Assembly (NCBI RefSeq): GCF_009834535.1
Contig: NC_045696.1
Span: forward strand, 49,044,001-49,108,000
Direction of reading: 5' to 3'
DNA length: 64,000 bases
Source of the DNA: Camelus ferus
Lineage: Eukaryota
The translations under genes were made by a program, and so were the position numbers. Numbering within the stretch: position 1 is the stretch's first letter; every line of letters begins with the position of its first letter. Of the stretch, positions 1 to 12,291 are shown piece after piece. The notes beneath the pieces are model-generated. The model had not been told where the DNA came from, searched no databases, and worked only from the letters and a program-made list of their open reading frames with translations.

Positions 1-177
1 TCTATAAGATGCATGTTTAGTGTAATGTGATCATTGTAATAAACCATATCTACACTACATTAGATTCTTCTTCATAAGATAATCAAATTAAATCAGCATA
101 CGCCCAATATTCCCTTTTTAAAGACTGTTTTTTATTCAAAGAATTGAATATAAATATATTCCCCTTAGTACTACTAC

Positions 178-357
178 CTCACTGCTCGAAGAATATAGAT
201 GTTCTTATTTATATGCTTTATTATCTTCATAAAATATCAAACAAAAGTGCTTTCCATATTTCCCCACCAAGTCAAAGAGAAATCCAGAAATTTACTGGGT
301 TTCTATTGACCCAGTAAATGTAAGACAGAAATCTAAAGGCTCTTAAGATTGTTTATG
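178..357 (-). pseudogene. Minus chain exon (...KFLDFSLTWWGN...)
   Basis: gatacattttcag acceptor; gag|gtagta donor; FL-x3-L-x2-W. Confidence 0.45.
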
Positions 358-525
358 CTGAAAATGTATCAAATTCTATTCTACAAGTACACTGACCTGT
401 AAAAAGTATTTGTCTTGCTCTGGTAAATAGGAGCCCTATGTAAATGGATAGCTCAGCTTGAACTGAAGTTTACTTTGTTCTAATCAGAACTGATGTATCA
501 GATCACTTAATAAAGTCCTTCTTAC

Positions 526-580
526 ACAAGAGAACCATCCATTCTCCAGTTTGCATTGCAGCATATGGTACTCCACCAAA
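526..580 (-). pseudogene. Minus chain exon (LVEYHMLQCKLENGWFSC)
   Basis: ctttattcattttgag acceptor; tgt|gtaaga donor; phase 2 to 0. Confidence 0.5.
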
Positions 581-939
581 CTCAAAATGAATAAAGTATA
601 ATTTTTTCATCCTACTAAATTGATAAATCTCTCTGAAGATAGACCATAACAAAAGATAATTCATTAAAATTGTCACTCTCAAAAATACACTCTTCAGAAA
701 TAAACATTAAAAAACAACTTTAAAAATGGATTTGGTATAATCTCATAGACCAGAAGATCAAGAATACAAAGGCATTATGGATATTCAAATTCCAAGATTA
801 GCTCCTCTATCAAGTCTATTTGACCTTGTATGAGATTTAAAAGGGGATTAAGAATCTAATTTTCATCTAACTTTCTTTTAGAATAACTTTCTTTCACTCC
901 CTCTTGCCTTTTGTTCCATGTACACCAAAGCATAATATG

Positions 940-1220
940 GAATAAGACGTCCCTTTAAGACAATTCAAGTGTCACCTCCATGACAAGCCCTCCTTTAACT
1001 ACCAAGTTCCATTTAAATATCTCACCTCTGTGCTGCCATAGCCCCTGATGCAAAACTTCAAAGCTGCGATTACTTACTCTATCCTATAGTCTTTGACTCA
1101 CTAGTCTTCTTGTTTTTAAGAAGAATTAGGACCATTACTTACTCAGTTTTGTTTTCCCATTACCTAGGTCAGTATCTGGGACACAGTACCTGCCCAATAA
1201 ATGTTTATTTGATTGACTAA
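940..1220 (+). mobile_element. L2 LINE 3' end
   Basis: Typical L2 tail ending ...acacagtacctgcccaataaatgtttatttgattga. Confidence 0.6.
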
Positions 1221-1316
1221 GTGACAATTGATAAATATCTATTCCTATAATAGGAAGAGCATTCTGTACATACATCCAAAATTGCATCTTTAGACCTGTT
1301 TATTCCCTATCCTATT

Positions 1317-3516
1317 TAGGTAAACCTCGTTCTATTATGCTTAACTTAATTTCACCGCACTTCACATATATAGTGCTTCTTTTTTATTTTTTCACAAATC
1401 AAAGGTTTTCGGCAATTTTGCATTGAGCAAGTCTATTAGCACCATTTTTCCAATAGTATTTGCTCACTTCATGTCTCTGTGTCACATTTTCACAATATTT
1501 TAAACTTTTTCATTATTATTATATTTGTTATGGTGATCTGTGATCAGTGATCTTTAATGTTACGATTAGAGCTGTCTTGGGGTGCCACAAACTGTGCCCA
1601 TATAAGAAACAAACTTAATCAATAAACGTGTGTGTTCTGACTACTCCACCAACTGGCCATTCCCCCATCTCTCTCCCCCTCTCATCAGGCCTCCCTAATC
1701 CCTGAGACAACAACATTGAAATTAGGCCAAGTAAAATCCTGCAATGGCCTCCAATGTTCCAGTAAAAGGAAGAGTTACACATCTCTCACTTTAAAAACAT
1801 TAAAAATCTTAATGAGGAAAGCATGTCAAAAGCTGAAATAGGCCGAAAGCAAGGCCTGTTGTGCCAAGTTGTGATTGCAAAGGAAAAGTTCTTGAAGGAA
1901 ACTGAAAGGCTACTCCAGTGAACATACAAATGATAAGAAAGAGAAACAGCCTTGTTGCTAATACAGCAAAAGTTCTGATATAGAGAAGGTTAATGGTCTG
2001 TATGGAAGATCAAATCAGCCATAATAGTCCCTTAAGCCAAAGCCTAATCCAGAGCAAGGCCCTAACTCTCTTTAATTCTATGAAGGCTGAGAGAATCGAG
2101 GAAGCTGCAGTTGAGAAGTTTGAAGCTGGTAGAGATTAATTCATGGGGTTTCAGGGAAGAAGCCAACTCCAAAACATTAAAGTGCGAGATGGAGCAGCAA
2201 GTGTTGACACAGAAGCTGCAGCAAGTTATCTAGAAGACCTAGGTGAGATAGTTCACGAAAACGGCTACACGAAACAAGATATTTTCAGTGTAGATGAAGC
2301 AGCCTCATATTGGAAGATGACATCTAGGACTATCATAGCTAGAGAGGAGAAATCAATGCCCGGCTTCAAGGCTTCAAAGGACAGGCTGACTCTCTTGTTA
2401 GGGGCTAATACAGCTGGTGACTTTAAGTTGAAGCCAGTGCTCATTTATCATTCCAAAAATCCTAAGGCCCTTAAGGATTATGCTAGATCTACTCTGCCTG
2501 TGCTCTATTAATGGAACAACAAAGCCAGGATGACAGCACATCTGTTACAATGTGGTTCACTGAATATTTTAAGTCCACTATTGAGACCTACTGCTCAGAA
2601 AAAAAAATTCCTTTCAAAATATTACAGCTCACTGACGGTGCACCTGGTCACCTAAGACCTCTGATGAAGATGTGTCACGAGATTCACATTGTTTTCATGC
2701 TTGCTAACACCGCATCCATTCTGCAGCCCATGGATCAAGGAGTAATTCTGACTTTCAAGTCTTATTATTAAATAAATATACTCATAAGACTATAGCTCCC
2801 ATAGACAGTGATTCCTCTGATGGATCTGGGCAAAGTCAACTGAAAACTTCCTGGAAAGGATTCACATCCTATATGCCATTAAGAACATCTGTGATTTATG
2901 GGGAAAAGTCACAATACCAACATGAATAGAAGTCTGGAAGAAGTTGATTCCAACACTTATGGATGATTTTGAGGGGGTCAAGACTTCTAAGGCAGAAGAT
3001 ATTTGATGCCAGTCAGAAATTTGGATCTACAGAAATAAAGAACATTATAAACTGAATAATGAATGAAAATATAAATTTTTCTTATTTTAATTGTTCTAAG
3101 TAATAACTGACTGCCTAAAGCAATGTACTAGGTGCTCACAGCATATGTAAAAATAAATTTTGTGGTTGCCTTATTTTAAAAAATTGCCAAAGACACCCCA
3201 ACCTTCAGAAACCACCATCCTGATCAGTCAGCAGTCATCAGCATGGAGGCAAGACCCTCCACCAGCAAAAAGATTATGATTTGCTGAAGGTGCAGAAGGT
3301 GGTTAGCATTTTTTTAGCAATAAAATATTTTTAATTAAGGTATGTACAGTATTTTTAGATATAACAATATGGCACAGTTAATAGACCATGGTGTAGTGTA
3401 ACATAACTTTTATATGCACTAGGAAACCAAATAATTTGTGTGACTCTCTTTACTCAAATATTCACTTCATTGTGGTGGTCCAGAACCAAATCCACAATAT
3501 CTACGAAGTATGCCTG
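1317..3516 (+). mobile_element. Tigger1 (TcMar/pogo) DNA transposon, near full length, inactive
   Basis: Termini taggtaaacctcg ... cgaagtatgcctg followed by TA; ORFs 2143-2771 encode pogo DDE transposase motifs ([33 protein letters not shown]) broken by a frameshift. Confidence 0.95.
2988..3160 (+). mobile_element. Old L1M ORF1-end/inter-ORF fragment embedded in Tigger1
   Basis: Aligns by eye to 23280-23470 (tgactgcctaaagcaa...agcatatgt.aaaataaa). Confidence 0.7.
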
Positions 3517-4215
3517 TATTTTAATACACAAAGATATTCTAACTTTGGCTTCTGTGAATAATCTGACACATTTTGACTGTCAGCATTATGCTTTCCATCA
3601 GACAATATATCTCACCAAAAGGGTAAAAAAAAAAGTTAAAAATGTACATATATTTTACCTTAATATTACTTGAAACAATGGCATGGGCTTATGAGCACAG
3701 TGATGAATTTATAATCTGAAACTCAGTGATTGTGTTACACTGTGACTGGGGTATATAATTCTTTCTTCAGGCAAGAAGGGGCTGTCAATTGGCAGCTTCA
3801 AAAAATAATGAATGTTTGCAGTAATAATTTCATGGGTTGACTGAAACTTAATAGCCTTTATTTCCAATTTAGGCTCGTGATATGTTCCAGTAGAAACAGT
3901 CTCAAATGAAATATAGTCTATTACAATACTATTTAACCCTCTCTTATTTTTTCAATCCTTTGTTGCTCTTTTATTTGGTTTTGTGTTTGAAGCTGAGGCA
4001 GGCTGTGTTAGCTACCACACTTTTCACTTTACTGCACCTGTCTCAGCCTTTCAGTCCACTCTCCATTACCCAAGAGATGGATGTCCAGTGACTAATTATG
4101 TGAGTGATGAGGAGCCCTGCTTTAGTTCACTACTGCCAGCCTCCCTCTTGGCCCTTTTACTATTCAGCAGCGGATAAAGAAGGAAACAAAAAAGACTAAA
4201 TCTAGATGAGTCCAC

Positions 4216-4379
4216 CCTACTATTGCTAGTAGATCAAATCTGGCACAAGGTTAAGACACTCGTGTTAATAAAGGTATTTGATGTTCACGGTTACAGAAAC
4301 ATTTGACTGCCACTTCAATGGGCTTGAGTTTGCAGGTCCATGTGTACAGGGACAACACATACGGAGTATAACTTAGAAT
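4216..4379 (-). pseudogene. Minus chain exon (ILSYTPYVLSLYTWTCKL...PLLTRVS*PC...)
   Basis: Strong acceptor ttcttttctttctcag; two repeat positions 31 codons apart; phase 0 to 2. Confidence 0.6.
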
Positions 4380-4684
4380 CTGAGAAAGAAAAGAATGAGA
4401 CAAAAACTTGGGAGGTGCTGAAACCTTTGGGTTGCAGAGTGTATGATATACAGCAAAACATTCTTTAAAATAATGTCTCTTTTCAGGGATATGTGTCAGG
4501 TTCACTTGAGACAGTTTTGCAGAATTACACATAGATGGTATCTACCCTAGAACAAATGATTCAAAAGCTCCAGAGGTGGCCTAGACACAAGTGTTTTAAA
4601 AACAATCAACCAAACTCTCCAAGGGGGTCTGATGTACATTTCTGATAATAATAAACCATTCCTTAATTATTGTCCAGATATTAC

Positions 4685-4864
4685 CCAAACCAATTCATTT
4701 GATAAGAAAAATGAATAAAATGGTTTATGGTAGTTAAAAGAACAAAAATTCATTGGCAGGACTTTTCCTTTTGGATCCTCTGTCATGGTGCTCAGGGCAG
4801 TAATGGCTACAATGCTTTTCCTAACACTAATGCACAGAGAAGTGTCTAACACCACAGACTCATT
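4685..4864 (-). pseudogene. Minus chain exon (180 nt)
   Basis: ctgttctttcgcag acceptor; tgg|gtaata donor; one frame fully open, another gives TILFIFLIK* (IL-x3-L-x2-stop). Confidence 0.5.
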
Positions 4865-5505
4865 CTGCGAAAGAACAGGTCAGTCAATAAATATAGCAAT
4901 CACTTTCAATCACCTTTTATCTAAACTAGACTTTAAAAAATCACAGATTTAAATAAAATTTCGCCAAGAGCTTATTATGCAAACTCAATGAATAAACTAC
5001 AGTGGATAATGAGAATTCATTCAAGTGTTACCCTTTGCCTGCTCTAAAATTAAAGAGGTGTTTATACAAATCTAGTAACTAGATAATCTATAAAAGTGAA
5101 GCAATGATTCTGCTAAACTACATCATTTAAAAAGATTGTAGATACTAATAGAAACGATGTGGATGAAACAGGGGGTATTTCTTTTCTTCTAGAGTTGATA
5201 CCAAAGTAACTGAGAGTAAAGGAATGAGAGTAATAGCACCAGAAGGAAGAAATTTTCAATGGAAACATAACATCTGAAGTAGGAGTAATAGAAGAAAAAG
5301 GTTGATCTTTTTGGTTCAAGTAAAATGACTCCTCTGCAGAGTCAAAATATAAGGGACAAGAACACCAAAAAGTTGACTTTTTTTACCAGAAAAAATAATC
5401 CCCTGGACAGAAATCAAGAATGCTTCTATGTTCTCAACAGTACTCATCATCTTCTTGGCCTTCAGTCAGTGTTAATAATTATAATATGTCTGTCCCTACT
5501 GTGAC

Positions 5506-5771
5506 CTCTGAGAGAACTTGTCTTCCACAGCCTTTCTCCTGAGAAGAGCATCCCGTTCCCTCTGCTCCCGGGCCAGCCCACTTCCTTAGGCAGGGATGGC
5601 TGTCATCCAGATCCAGACCATTCCTGCTGGCAGCTCTTGTCTGGATCCAATTGGCCTCAGCTGGAGGTCCAGATGGCCCATTCCTTATTCCCCAGCAGGG
5701 TTTCAGCAGCATCCACCCTTCTGGGTCTCTCTGCCATTAGTGCCATCAGGCCTGAATGTTTTCCCTAAATC
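5506..5771 (-). pseudogene. Minus chain exon with about 3 Sfi1-like repeats
   Basis: GC-rich island; ttacttatctgctgttag acceptor; AAETLLGNKEWAIWTSS, ELPAGMVWIW, AREQRERDALLRR/RLWKT; donor position uncertain. Confidence 0.55.
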
Positions 5772-5868
5772 CTAACAGCAGATAAGTAAAGCATGTCAAT
5801 TTTATTCCCATAGAATAGAAGATGGCAGTAGAAGGAAGATAGCTTCAGAAAGGGTACAATATCGTTAC

Positions 5869-5934
5869 ACAATATAAATGAGCAAGGTCCAATTGTGAAG
5901 TATTCTGAAAGCTGGGCTTTATTCATGGCATTTC
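5869..5934 (-). pseudogene. Minus chain exon (NAMNKAQLSEYFT / WTLLIYI)
   Basis: QL-x3-F-x2-W restored by a 1-nt indel; tgt|gtaacg donor. Confidence 0.45.
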
Positions 5935-6532
5935 CTGAATATGTCAATGATGTTTACATCTATATCGATATCTGTCAACATCCATTGATCCATCTATCAA
6001 CTGACAGATAAATAGCAATGTCAAACGAACAAATGGATAGAAATTGTTTGAAAAATGCCACATATAGATAGAGATATAGACATAATAAAGAGATATATGT
6101 ATATATAGCTAGAGATCCGTATGTACAGCTGCATCTACATAGACATAAACACTTTCAACAATGAGACAGATACCCTGCCTAAAAAGTTATAATAGATAAA
6201 TCTATATGCATATTCACCTATCTATACAAACATTTTTAAAGAGTTTCTGACAATTTGTCGGTTTACTTATGGTTGCTATACTTTATGAGATTCTCACCAA
6301 ATTTGAAGGGTATGATGAGATGATCTGAAATATAGACTCTGTGTCAAATGCAAAATTCAATCTGGGAGACTTTCTAAGATAGCCAAAACTGAGGATGTAT
6401 TTTCACCTTATTTGAAGTATATACTTGGGATGGTCTGACTGAAGACTCGGGTTGTACAAAGCACACAAGTTTCACTTTGTGAACCCCAAGTACCTATCTG
6501 TCATCTTCCAGAACAGGTGAACTGAAGAAAGG

Positions 6533-6990
6533 TGTTAGTTTGCTAGGGCTCCTGTAACAAAGTACCACAAACTGAGTAGCTTAAAACACAGAAAAATTTC
6601 TGTCAGTTTTGGAGACTAGAAATCTGAAAGCAGGGTGTTGGCAGAGCCACGTTCCCTCTAAAGGCACTAGGGAGCAATCTTTTCTTGCCTCTTCTAGCTT
6701 TTGGTGGTTGCTGGCAGTCCTTTGCATTCCTTGGTTTGTGGCAGCATAACTACAACCTCCGCCTCTTTGTTCACATGACCTTCTTTGTGCCTCCTCTGTG
6801 TCTTCAAATCTCTCTCTCCTCATAAAGACACCAGTCACCCAATTTAGGGCCCACCCTAATCCAGTATTGCCTCATTTAACTTAATTACATCTGCAAATAC
6901 ATGATTGCCAAGTAAGGTCATATTTCCAAATGCGGCACCAAGATTAGAACTTTAACAAGTATCTTCTGGAGGGACATAATTCAACAAACA
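6533..6990 (-). mobile_element. MaLR solo LTR (MLT1C/D-like)
   Basis: ttagtttgctagggctcctgtaacaaagtaccacaaactg ... gagggacataattcaac. Confidence 0.85.
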
Positions 6991-7124
6991 GGAACCATTA
7001 ACCAACATGGGTGGATAACTCACCTGTATTAGGCACTAAATATCCATCTGGAAAAATAGGCCCTAGGCCATAAGATGCTATGAACATAGGAAACGAATAG
7101 AGCTGCAACTACGATCCTAAAAAG

Positions 7125-7244
7125 ATTTAAAAAATTATTGCCCAAACTAAGATACTTTTGATAGTGAAAGTGAGTGCAATGAATGATTATGCCAGGACAA
7201 CAGGCATAACCCAGCACTATCCTGACAAACTGTAATGTCACCTT
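7125..7244 (-). mobile_element. MER94-like hAT element
   Basis: gccaggacaacaggcataacccagcactatcctgacaaactg...gtcacc resembles the MER94 consensus. Confidence 0.7.
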
Positions 7245-7246
7245 AC

Positions 7247-7343
7247 TCCTAAAGGGGAAAAATCACAGTATCAGGCTCTTGAATCACAAGTATTTTTTTG
7301 CATTTGAGTTGCTTCTCAAATGGGCAACTCCATGTAAGGTGCT
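7247..7343 (-). pseudogene. Minus chain candidate exon
   Basis: ctctctctgtgcctcaccctag acceptor; gga|gtaagg donor abutting MER94; phase 0 to 1. Confidence 0.35.
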
Positions 7344-7512
7344 CTAGGGTGAGGCACAGAGAGAGTTATATATTTAATGATGGATAATGAATTCTTCAGA
7401 GCAATAAACAATTGAAAGAAATTGTTTATAAGTGTTGGGATGTTTCAGTTTATCTGCAACTGTTTTTGCTATGAACTTTTTCAAGCACTTATAAATAGAA
7501 AGACTTAGCTAC

Positions 7513-7670
7513 ATTTAAGTCTGAATCTCATCTTCAATTTATGTTGGTTAGAAGCTCCCAAAGAACTATATGTTGTCTCTTCTCAGTGTATTTGACCATG
7601 TTTGGCAGGAATGTTACTGGATTTCATTCCTGAATCTTGTTTCTCATGCCACCAAAATTAAACCCATCAC
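7513..7670 (-). pseudogene. Minus chain exon (VMGLILVA*ETRFR... / ...EKRQHIVLWELL)
   Basis: Two repeat motifs, the first with TGA at the Trp position; frameshift; weak splice sites. Confidence 0.45.
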
Positions 7671-8294
7671 CTAAATCCTTATGAATAAAGTAAGGGACTG
7701 TACAATAGTTGCTTAGCTATCCAAAGTCACTGAAATTCAAAAGCAATAATGGAGTGAGAAGTTTTGATTTAGATTTTTGCAGAAAAAAATATGTGGGGGA
7801 AAAAAGCCAACCTGCTGATAGTTTATTATAAAAAATAGGTCAGCTCACAGAATGAAAGGATGACTCTTTAATTAACTAGAAGCTTGAAACCCCAAAGTGT
7901 GTAAACCGCTGTATTTATCTTTTTAGAGATTAGCCTTTTTGCTGTCTCATATATCTGCCTCGGTCCTAGATAATAATAATAAATTCTTTTTGTTTGGAAC
8001 CCCTAGGTTACCTACCCACAATGTTAGGTACTAGGGTAGCTACATAAAAATAAAATGTCACAAGTCTACAGACATTTTTGTATACACGTACAACTAGCAA
8101 AATGCAATAACAAACCAGTGACCCCAACTAAAATTAAGAGCATCTGAAAGCAGGGTGTGAATCGGTGTGGACTGTAATCATAAAGAAATCCTCAGAGTAA
8201 GTGTTGTAAGTGCTGCTCCTTGAAGGTGAAAAGATAGAAGAGAATATATCTGGAGGGAAAGAGAATGTGCAAAGTCACAAACAGAGGAAAGAAG

Positions 8295-8490
8295 AAGGAG
8301 CTAACATGTAATGAGTAACTACTATGCTAGTCAGAGTACTTCCCACTTCACGTATATTAACTAATATGACCCTCACAGCAAGCCTGGCAGGTAAGCAGAA
8401 GTGACAAATAACTCATTAAAGGGTCACAGCTAGGAGGCAGCAGAGAGAATACCTGAGTAAATATTCTCTGATTCCAGAACCTACTTTTGT
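8295..8490 (-). mobile_element. MIR SINE
   Basis: agctaacat...cctcacagcaagcct...ggtcacagctag core. Confidence 0.65.
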
Positions 8491-8886
8491 GCCAGGCTCC
8501 CCCAGGACGCCTAGTCTACACAGTAAGGAGACTGAGCTCTCAGGAGGCCAGGCCTCAGCGCTGGATGGGACAGGACCTCCCAGGTGAGAGGAGCCTCCGC
8601 TCTCTGGAGTACCCCTTCAGGAGACAGTCACCACACCGAGGTGAAGTTTCCTAATTTGGAAATTGGTACACAATCTTCATTTTCTCTTCTAGAGCTATTT
8701 AAAGGAATTACTCTAAGACTTCGTTTATTACAAGGAAATGTGTGGGGAAAAAATGACTTTTCACAGCTGCCTGTGGGAGTAATTTTTAGCAGCTTGAATT
8801 TATATTAAAATAAGCTATAATGTAAGTGTAAATGTGATGAGTCAGTATACTGCCATTTTGTATATTTCAGGGCCATTTTTCTTTAC

Positions 8887-8936
8887 TTGTTTGGCATGAG
8901 TTACCAGATTTTTTTTTCCTTTCACATACGAAGGAC
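8887..8936 (-). pseudogene. Minus chain exon (GPSYVKGKKNLVTHAKQ)
   Basis: ttccatcccttcctgcaag acceptor; caa|gtaaag donor; open, phase 1 to 0. Confidence 0.5.
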
Positions 8937-9211
8937 CTTGCAGGAAGGGATGGAAAAAATAATTATTTAACTCATTGGAGAAGTTATGCAGCTTGGCTAC
9001 CCACTCAGGGGTCAAAGTTTCAAAACTTTTCAAATAATTATGAAGTGGATCGTTTCTTTAGGAATGACTGTCAAAGGGCAGGAAAGTCTCCTGGATAAAA
9101 GAATGCCTTGGACTAATACAACTTTTGATGTGTATTTTCTCATTAGTGGATAAAAATCTAGGGGCTCTTAGTTCACAGTGATAAAAGGAGCTATTGATGC
9201 CATCTCTTTAC

Positions 9212-9351
9212 CTCTACACATGAGACCTTGTTTCCACTGGTTAATTAGTGTTGATAAAGCCATGTGAAATCCTAAGATAAAAAGGCTATATATTAGACAC
9301 ATGAGATGTTGGTGAATGTGTCATCAGGAGCATTATTTGAGTTTTCTTAAG
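9212..9351 (-). pseudogene. Minus chain exon with Sfi1-like repeat (...GFHMALSTLINQWKQGLMCR)
   Basis: catatttcag acceptor; gag|gtaaag donor; AL-x3-I-x2-WK; phase 2 to 1. Confidence 0.6.
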
Positions 9352-12141
9352 CTGAAATATGGATTCTGCTGAAGATGCTTCATATTCCTTAAGATGAGGA
9401 TTTTAGCAAAGAATGTTTCATAATCGTGAAACTCAAAGTTTTAACCAGGCAAACTCAAGTAGCCAAAAATGTGTGTAAAGATATTTTCCTGCCCTGGAAA
9501 GTGGGCAGATGTGGAATGTATTAACTCATAGACAGGTTAAGAGCAAAACAACTTTCCTTCCTCTGTAATTTGCTGAAGAAATCCGTCTAGGAAAGGAAAA
9601 ATGGAGAGGTGGAGAAAAGTTAACGTTTTTACAAGATCGTTGGGCGGGGGAAGTAAGAGCTCACTCTATCTGGACCGCTGGGTCATTTAAAGATTTTTAC
9701 TATGTAGCAGACTCTGCGCCAGGCATTCAAGGTACAACCTGAACCTGATGGACATAGGCTTGCAATCTCATCAGGAAGGTACACAAGTAAATCAGCAATA
9801 AGGATGGAATGTGATAAGTGATGAGGAGATTGCCTCAGACTTGGAGTATCTAGGAGGGTCTCTTGGAGGAAGCAACGTCTCAGCTGAGTCACACCACATG
9901 AGGATGAGTTGTCTAGACGAAAATGTGGGGTGGACTGGGATGGGAGTCGGAGTGGGGAAAGGGTTTATTGGAGATGTTCTAAGCATAGGCTAACTGTGTG
10001 TAGAGGGGCCTATGGTATATTCATACTGTATCCAAGGAACAAAAAAATAAAAGTTCAGAATGCCTGTGGCACAGAGAGCTTCTTCAGTATGGCCCGCTTC
10101 ACAAAATACATTGGAAAACATAGCCATGAGCCTTCCCCTCAAAGAGAGTAATCCACCTGGGCAGATGAAACTATATTGCAAATCAATCAAGGACTACCCC
10201 CATGGAAGTGTTCTAAGACAATCAAATCAGCGGGGGAAAGGACACCTCACTTTTCTGCCTCCTCTCTTCGACATCCCTTGTGCACGTGAAAGTTTTGTGA
10301 AAATGAAGAGCAGGGTATTCATAATGACTCAAGCACCTTGGAAGAGGTTTAACCATTTGTCTGAGTGTAAGCATGCTCTCTGGTTCTCTTGCAAGAGGAA
10401 GAGGTAAATCAAAAGTGTACAAGTAAATAGAAGGGAGTGTCAGTCTTTGACTGAGGGTAGGAACATGTGGTAAAAAAAAGACACATGGTAAAAGCATCAG
10501 GTAACCCAGGAGAGGGCAGGAGTTGGTCAAGAATTTAGTGAGTCAATACATATGGCCCTTTGATCAGAGTGGGAGTTAAGTACGTAGACCAGAAGTTTGC
10601 AACAGGAGGTGTGTATATATAGTAAAGAGATTATTCTCTAAGGAAATTCCAAGATCTAATCACAAAACTATGGGGGGAAAAGTGAGATCCTTTTAGATGT
10701 CAAATCCCTGATAACCCTGTGCAAGCTGTAGTCAGAAACTCAGCTGCTTCCATCATCAGGGAAGAAGCAAGTTAAGAGAAGATTAAGGCAGCCACATTAA
10801 TTTTAATGCACTATTCACCGCAGTGGTCAATCCTCACAAGGCTTATATGTATCACATATATATATCAAAGGGGTCATTTTCCATAAGAGGATTATTAGAC
10901 ACTTGAGTTAGTCAAGAGGTTAAAGACTTCATGCTCCTCTCCTTCATGCTCCTCTTTTTGGTGGCGCAGACTTACTGCTCTTTTTGTGGCAGAGAGGACC
11001 ACAACGCTCTAAAGTACACATGGGAAGGTCCACCAGCCAGAGGGTGGGTAGCGCTTGCTAGGCAGTTTTGGGTTTTTTACAGTTTAGATGGCTGTGTGTG
11101 TGTGTGTCAGAACTAAGAAAACAGCATAAAGATGAAGAAAAAAAGTGAGGGAATGGAATGAGACAGATACAAGTGTAAATAGGAGAAAGAATGTGCAAGG
11201 AAAAAAAAAGAAAGGGCAACAAAAGTATAGGGATAGAGAGCAGGGAAATAATTGGTTAGGTGAAGTACACAAGGCTACCATTTATGTACATTTTTACACA
11301 AAATTACATAAATGTACATTATACAAAAAATTTATGCTGTCTCAGGGATGCATGTAGAAGTAGTTTTAAAGAACTGACTAGAAAGATCACATAAAGTTCA
11401 TAAAATGGTTCCCTTTGTGAGGGAAGTAGGAAGAAAAATGGAACTGGTTAGGTGGAGAAAAGAAAGTCAATTTTACCAGTGCTTTCAGTTCAAAGTGAAA
11501 TGTGAAAATGGCCCCATTTTTAAATTCCAGGAAAGTACACAGACATTTGTTATATTAGTCTCTATAGTTTGATGATGATGATGGTGACGTGTATGTGTAT
11601 ATGTAGGGGTGTAACTTTTCAAAATTGAAAAAGAAGAGGGGAAAGATGGGAAGGGTTCTGATGACCAAGTGTAGAGCAGGAAGGTACATTGTCTACCAGC
11701 TAAGTGAGACAGGCACGCGTTGAACGTCACAGCATTCTGGGAGTGGCTGGAGGGCAGTTTTCCCCCAGGATAAGGAGAGTTATCTTTGCTGCTCTATCTA
11801 GTCTCGGTAGGCCTCTCCTAACACCACCTCAAAGAACCACACTGGCTGCTCAGCAATCACTCTCTGTGGCTCAGCTTTGTTCACTTTCTGAGGTTGCTGA
11901 TTAACTGATGTATTTTCTGTCAACTGAAATTTCCAGACACATTACCATGTTTGAAAGGCTCGGTGACCTACAGCACAAGAGCTTCCTGGGGAGAAAAGTG
12001 CAGCATGATTTATTGGGGCACTTTTACTCCCATCCAGCTAAAGGAGTGTTTCCTACCTGTATTAATACCATTGGTGTGAAATGATTAAAAATCCCTCACT
12101 ACAATTCTTGTTTATCAGGTGCCTGCATTTCCAAAACGTAC

Positions 12142-12291
12142 CGTTTCTTCTAAACCAAGGCAGGGTACAATCATTACTGGTAACACAGATTCATACTAAC
12201 AGGTTATGTTGACCAAGCACAAGATTCTTTTCGTATGTTATGAAGGGGTGCAGAAGTCAACAAGTTAGCCAGGCTCTGAACAATTGCAGAG
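12142..12291 (-). pseudogene. Minus chain exon (SAIVQSLANLLTSAPLHNIRKESCAWST*...)
   Basis: Strong acceptor tttctcttttcccag; donor acg|gtacgt; 150 nt, phase 2 to 2. Confidence 0.6.

Noticed and set aside
290..319. Perfect 11-bp inverted repeat atttactgggt/acccagtaaat with an 8-nt loop
   Set aside because: Too short for a pre-miRNA, lies inside a fossil exon, and is plausibly chance in AT-rich DNA
2143..2771. Transposase ORFs as a domesticated TIGD-like gene
   Set aside because: Frameshifted and truncated, with transposon termini still present: an ordinary dead Tigger1
5505..5768. About 88-codon stop-free frame on the plus strand with a possible acceptor near 5530
   Set aside because: No partner exons; best explained as the GC-rich antisense shadow of the minus-strand fossil exon
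5703..5771. Minus-strand frame ending ...RETQKGGCC*, resembling a Rab prenylation tail
   Set aside because: No GTPase motifs anywhere upstream; another frame of the same exon fits the splice phase and the Sfi1-like repeats
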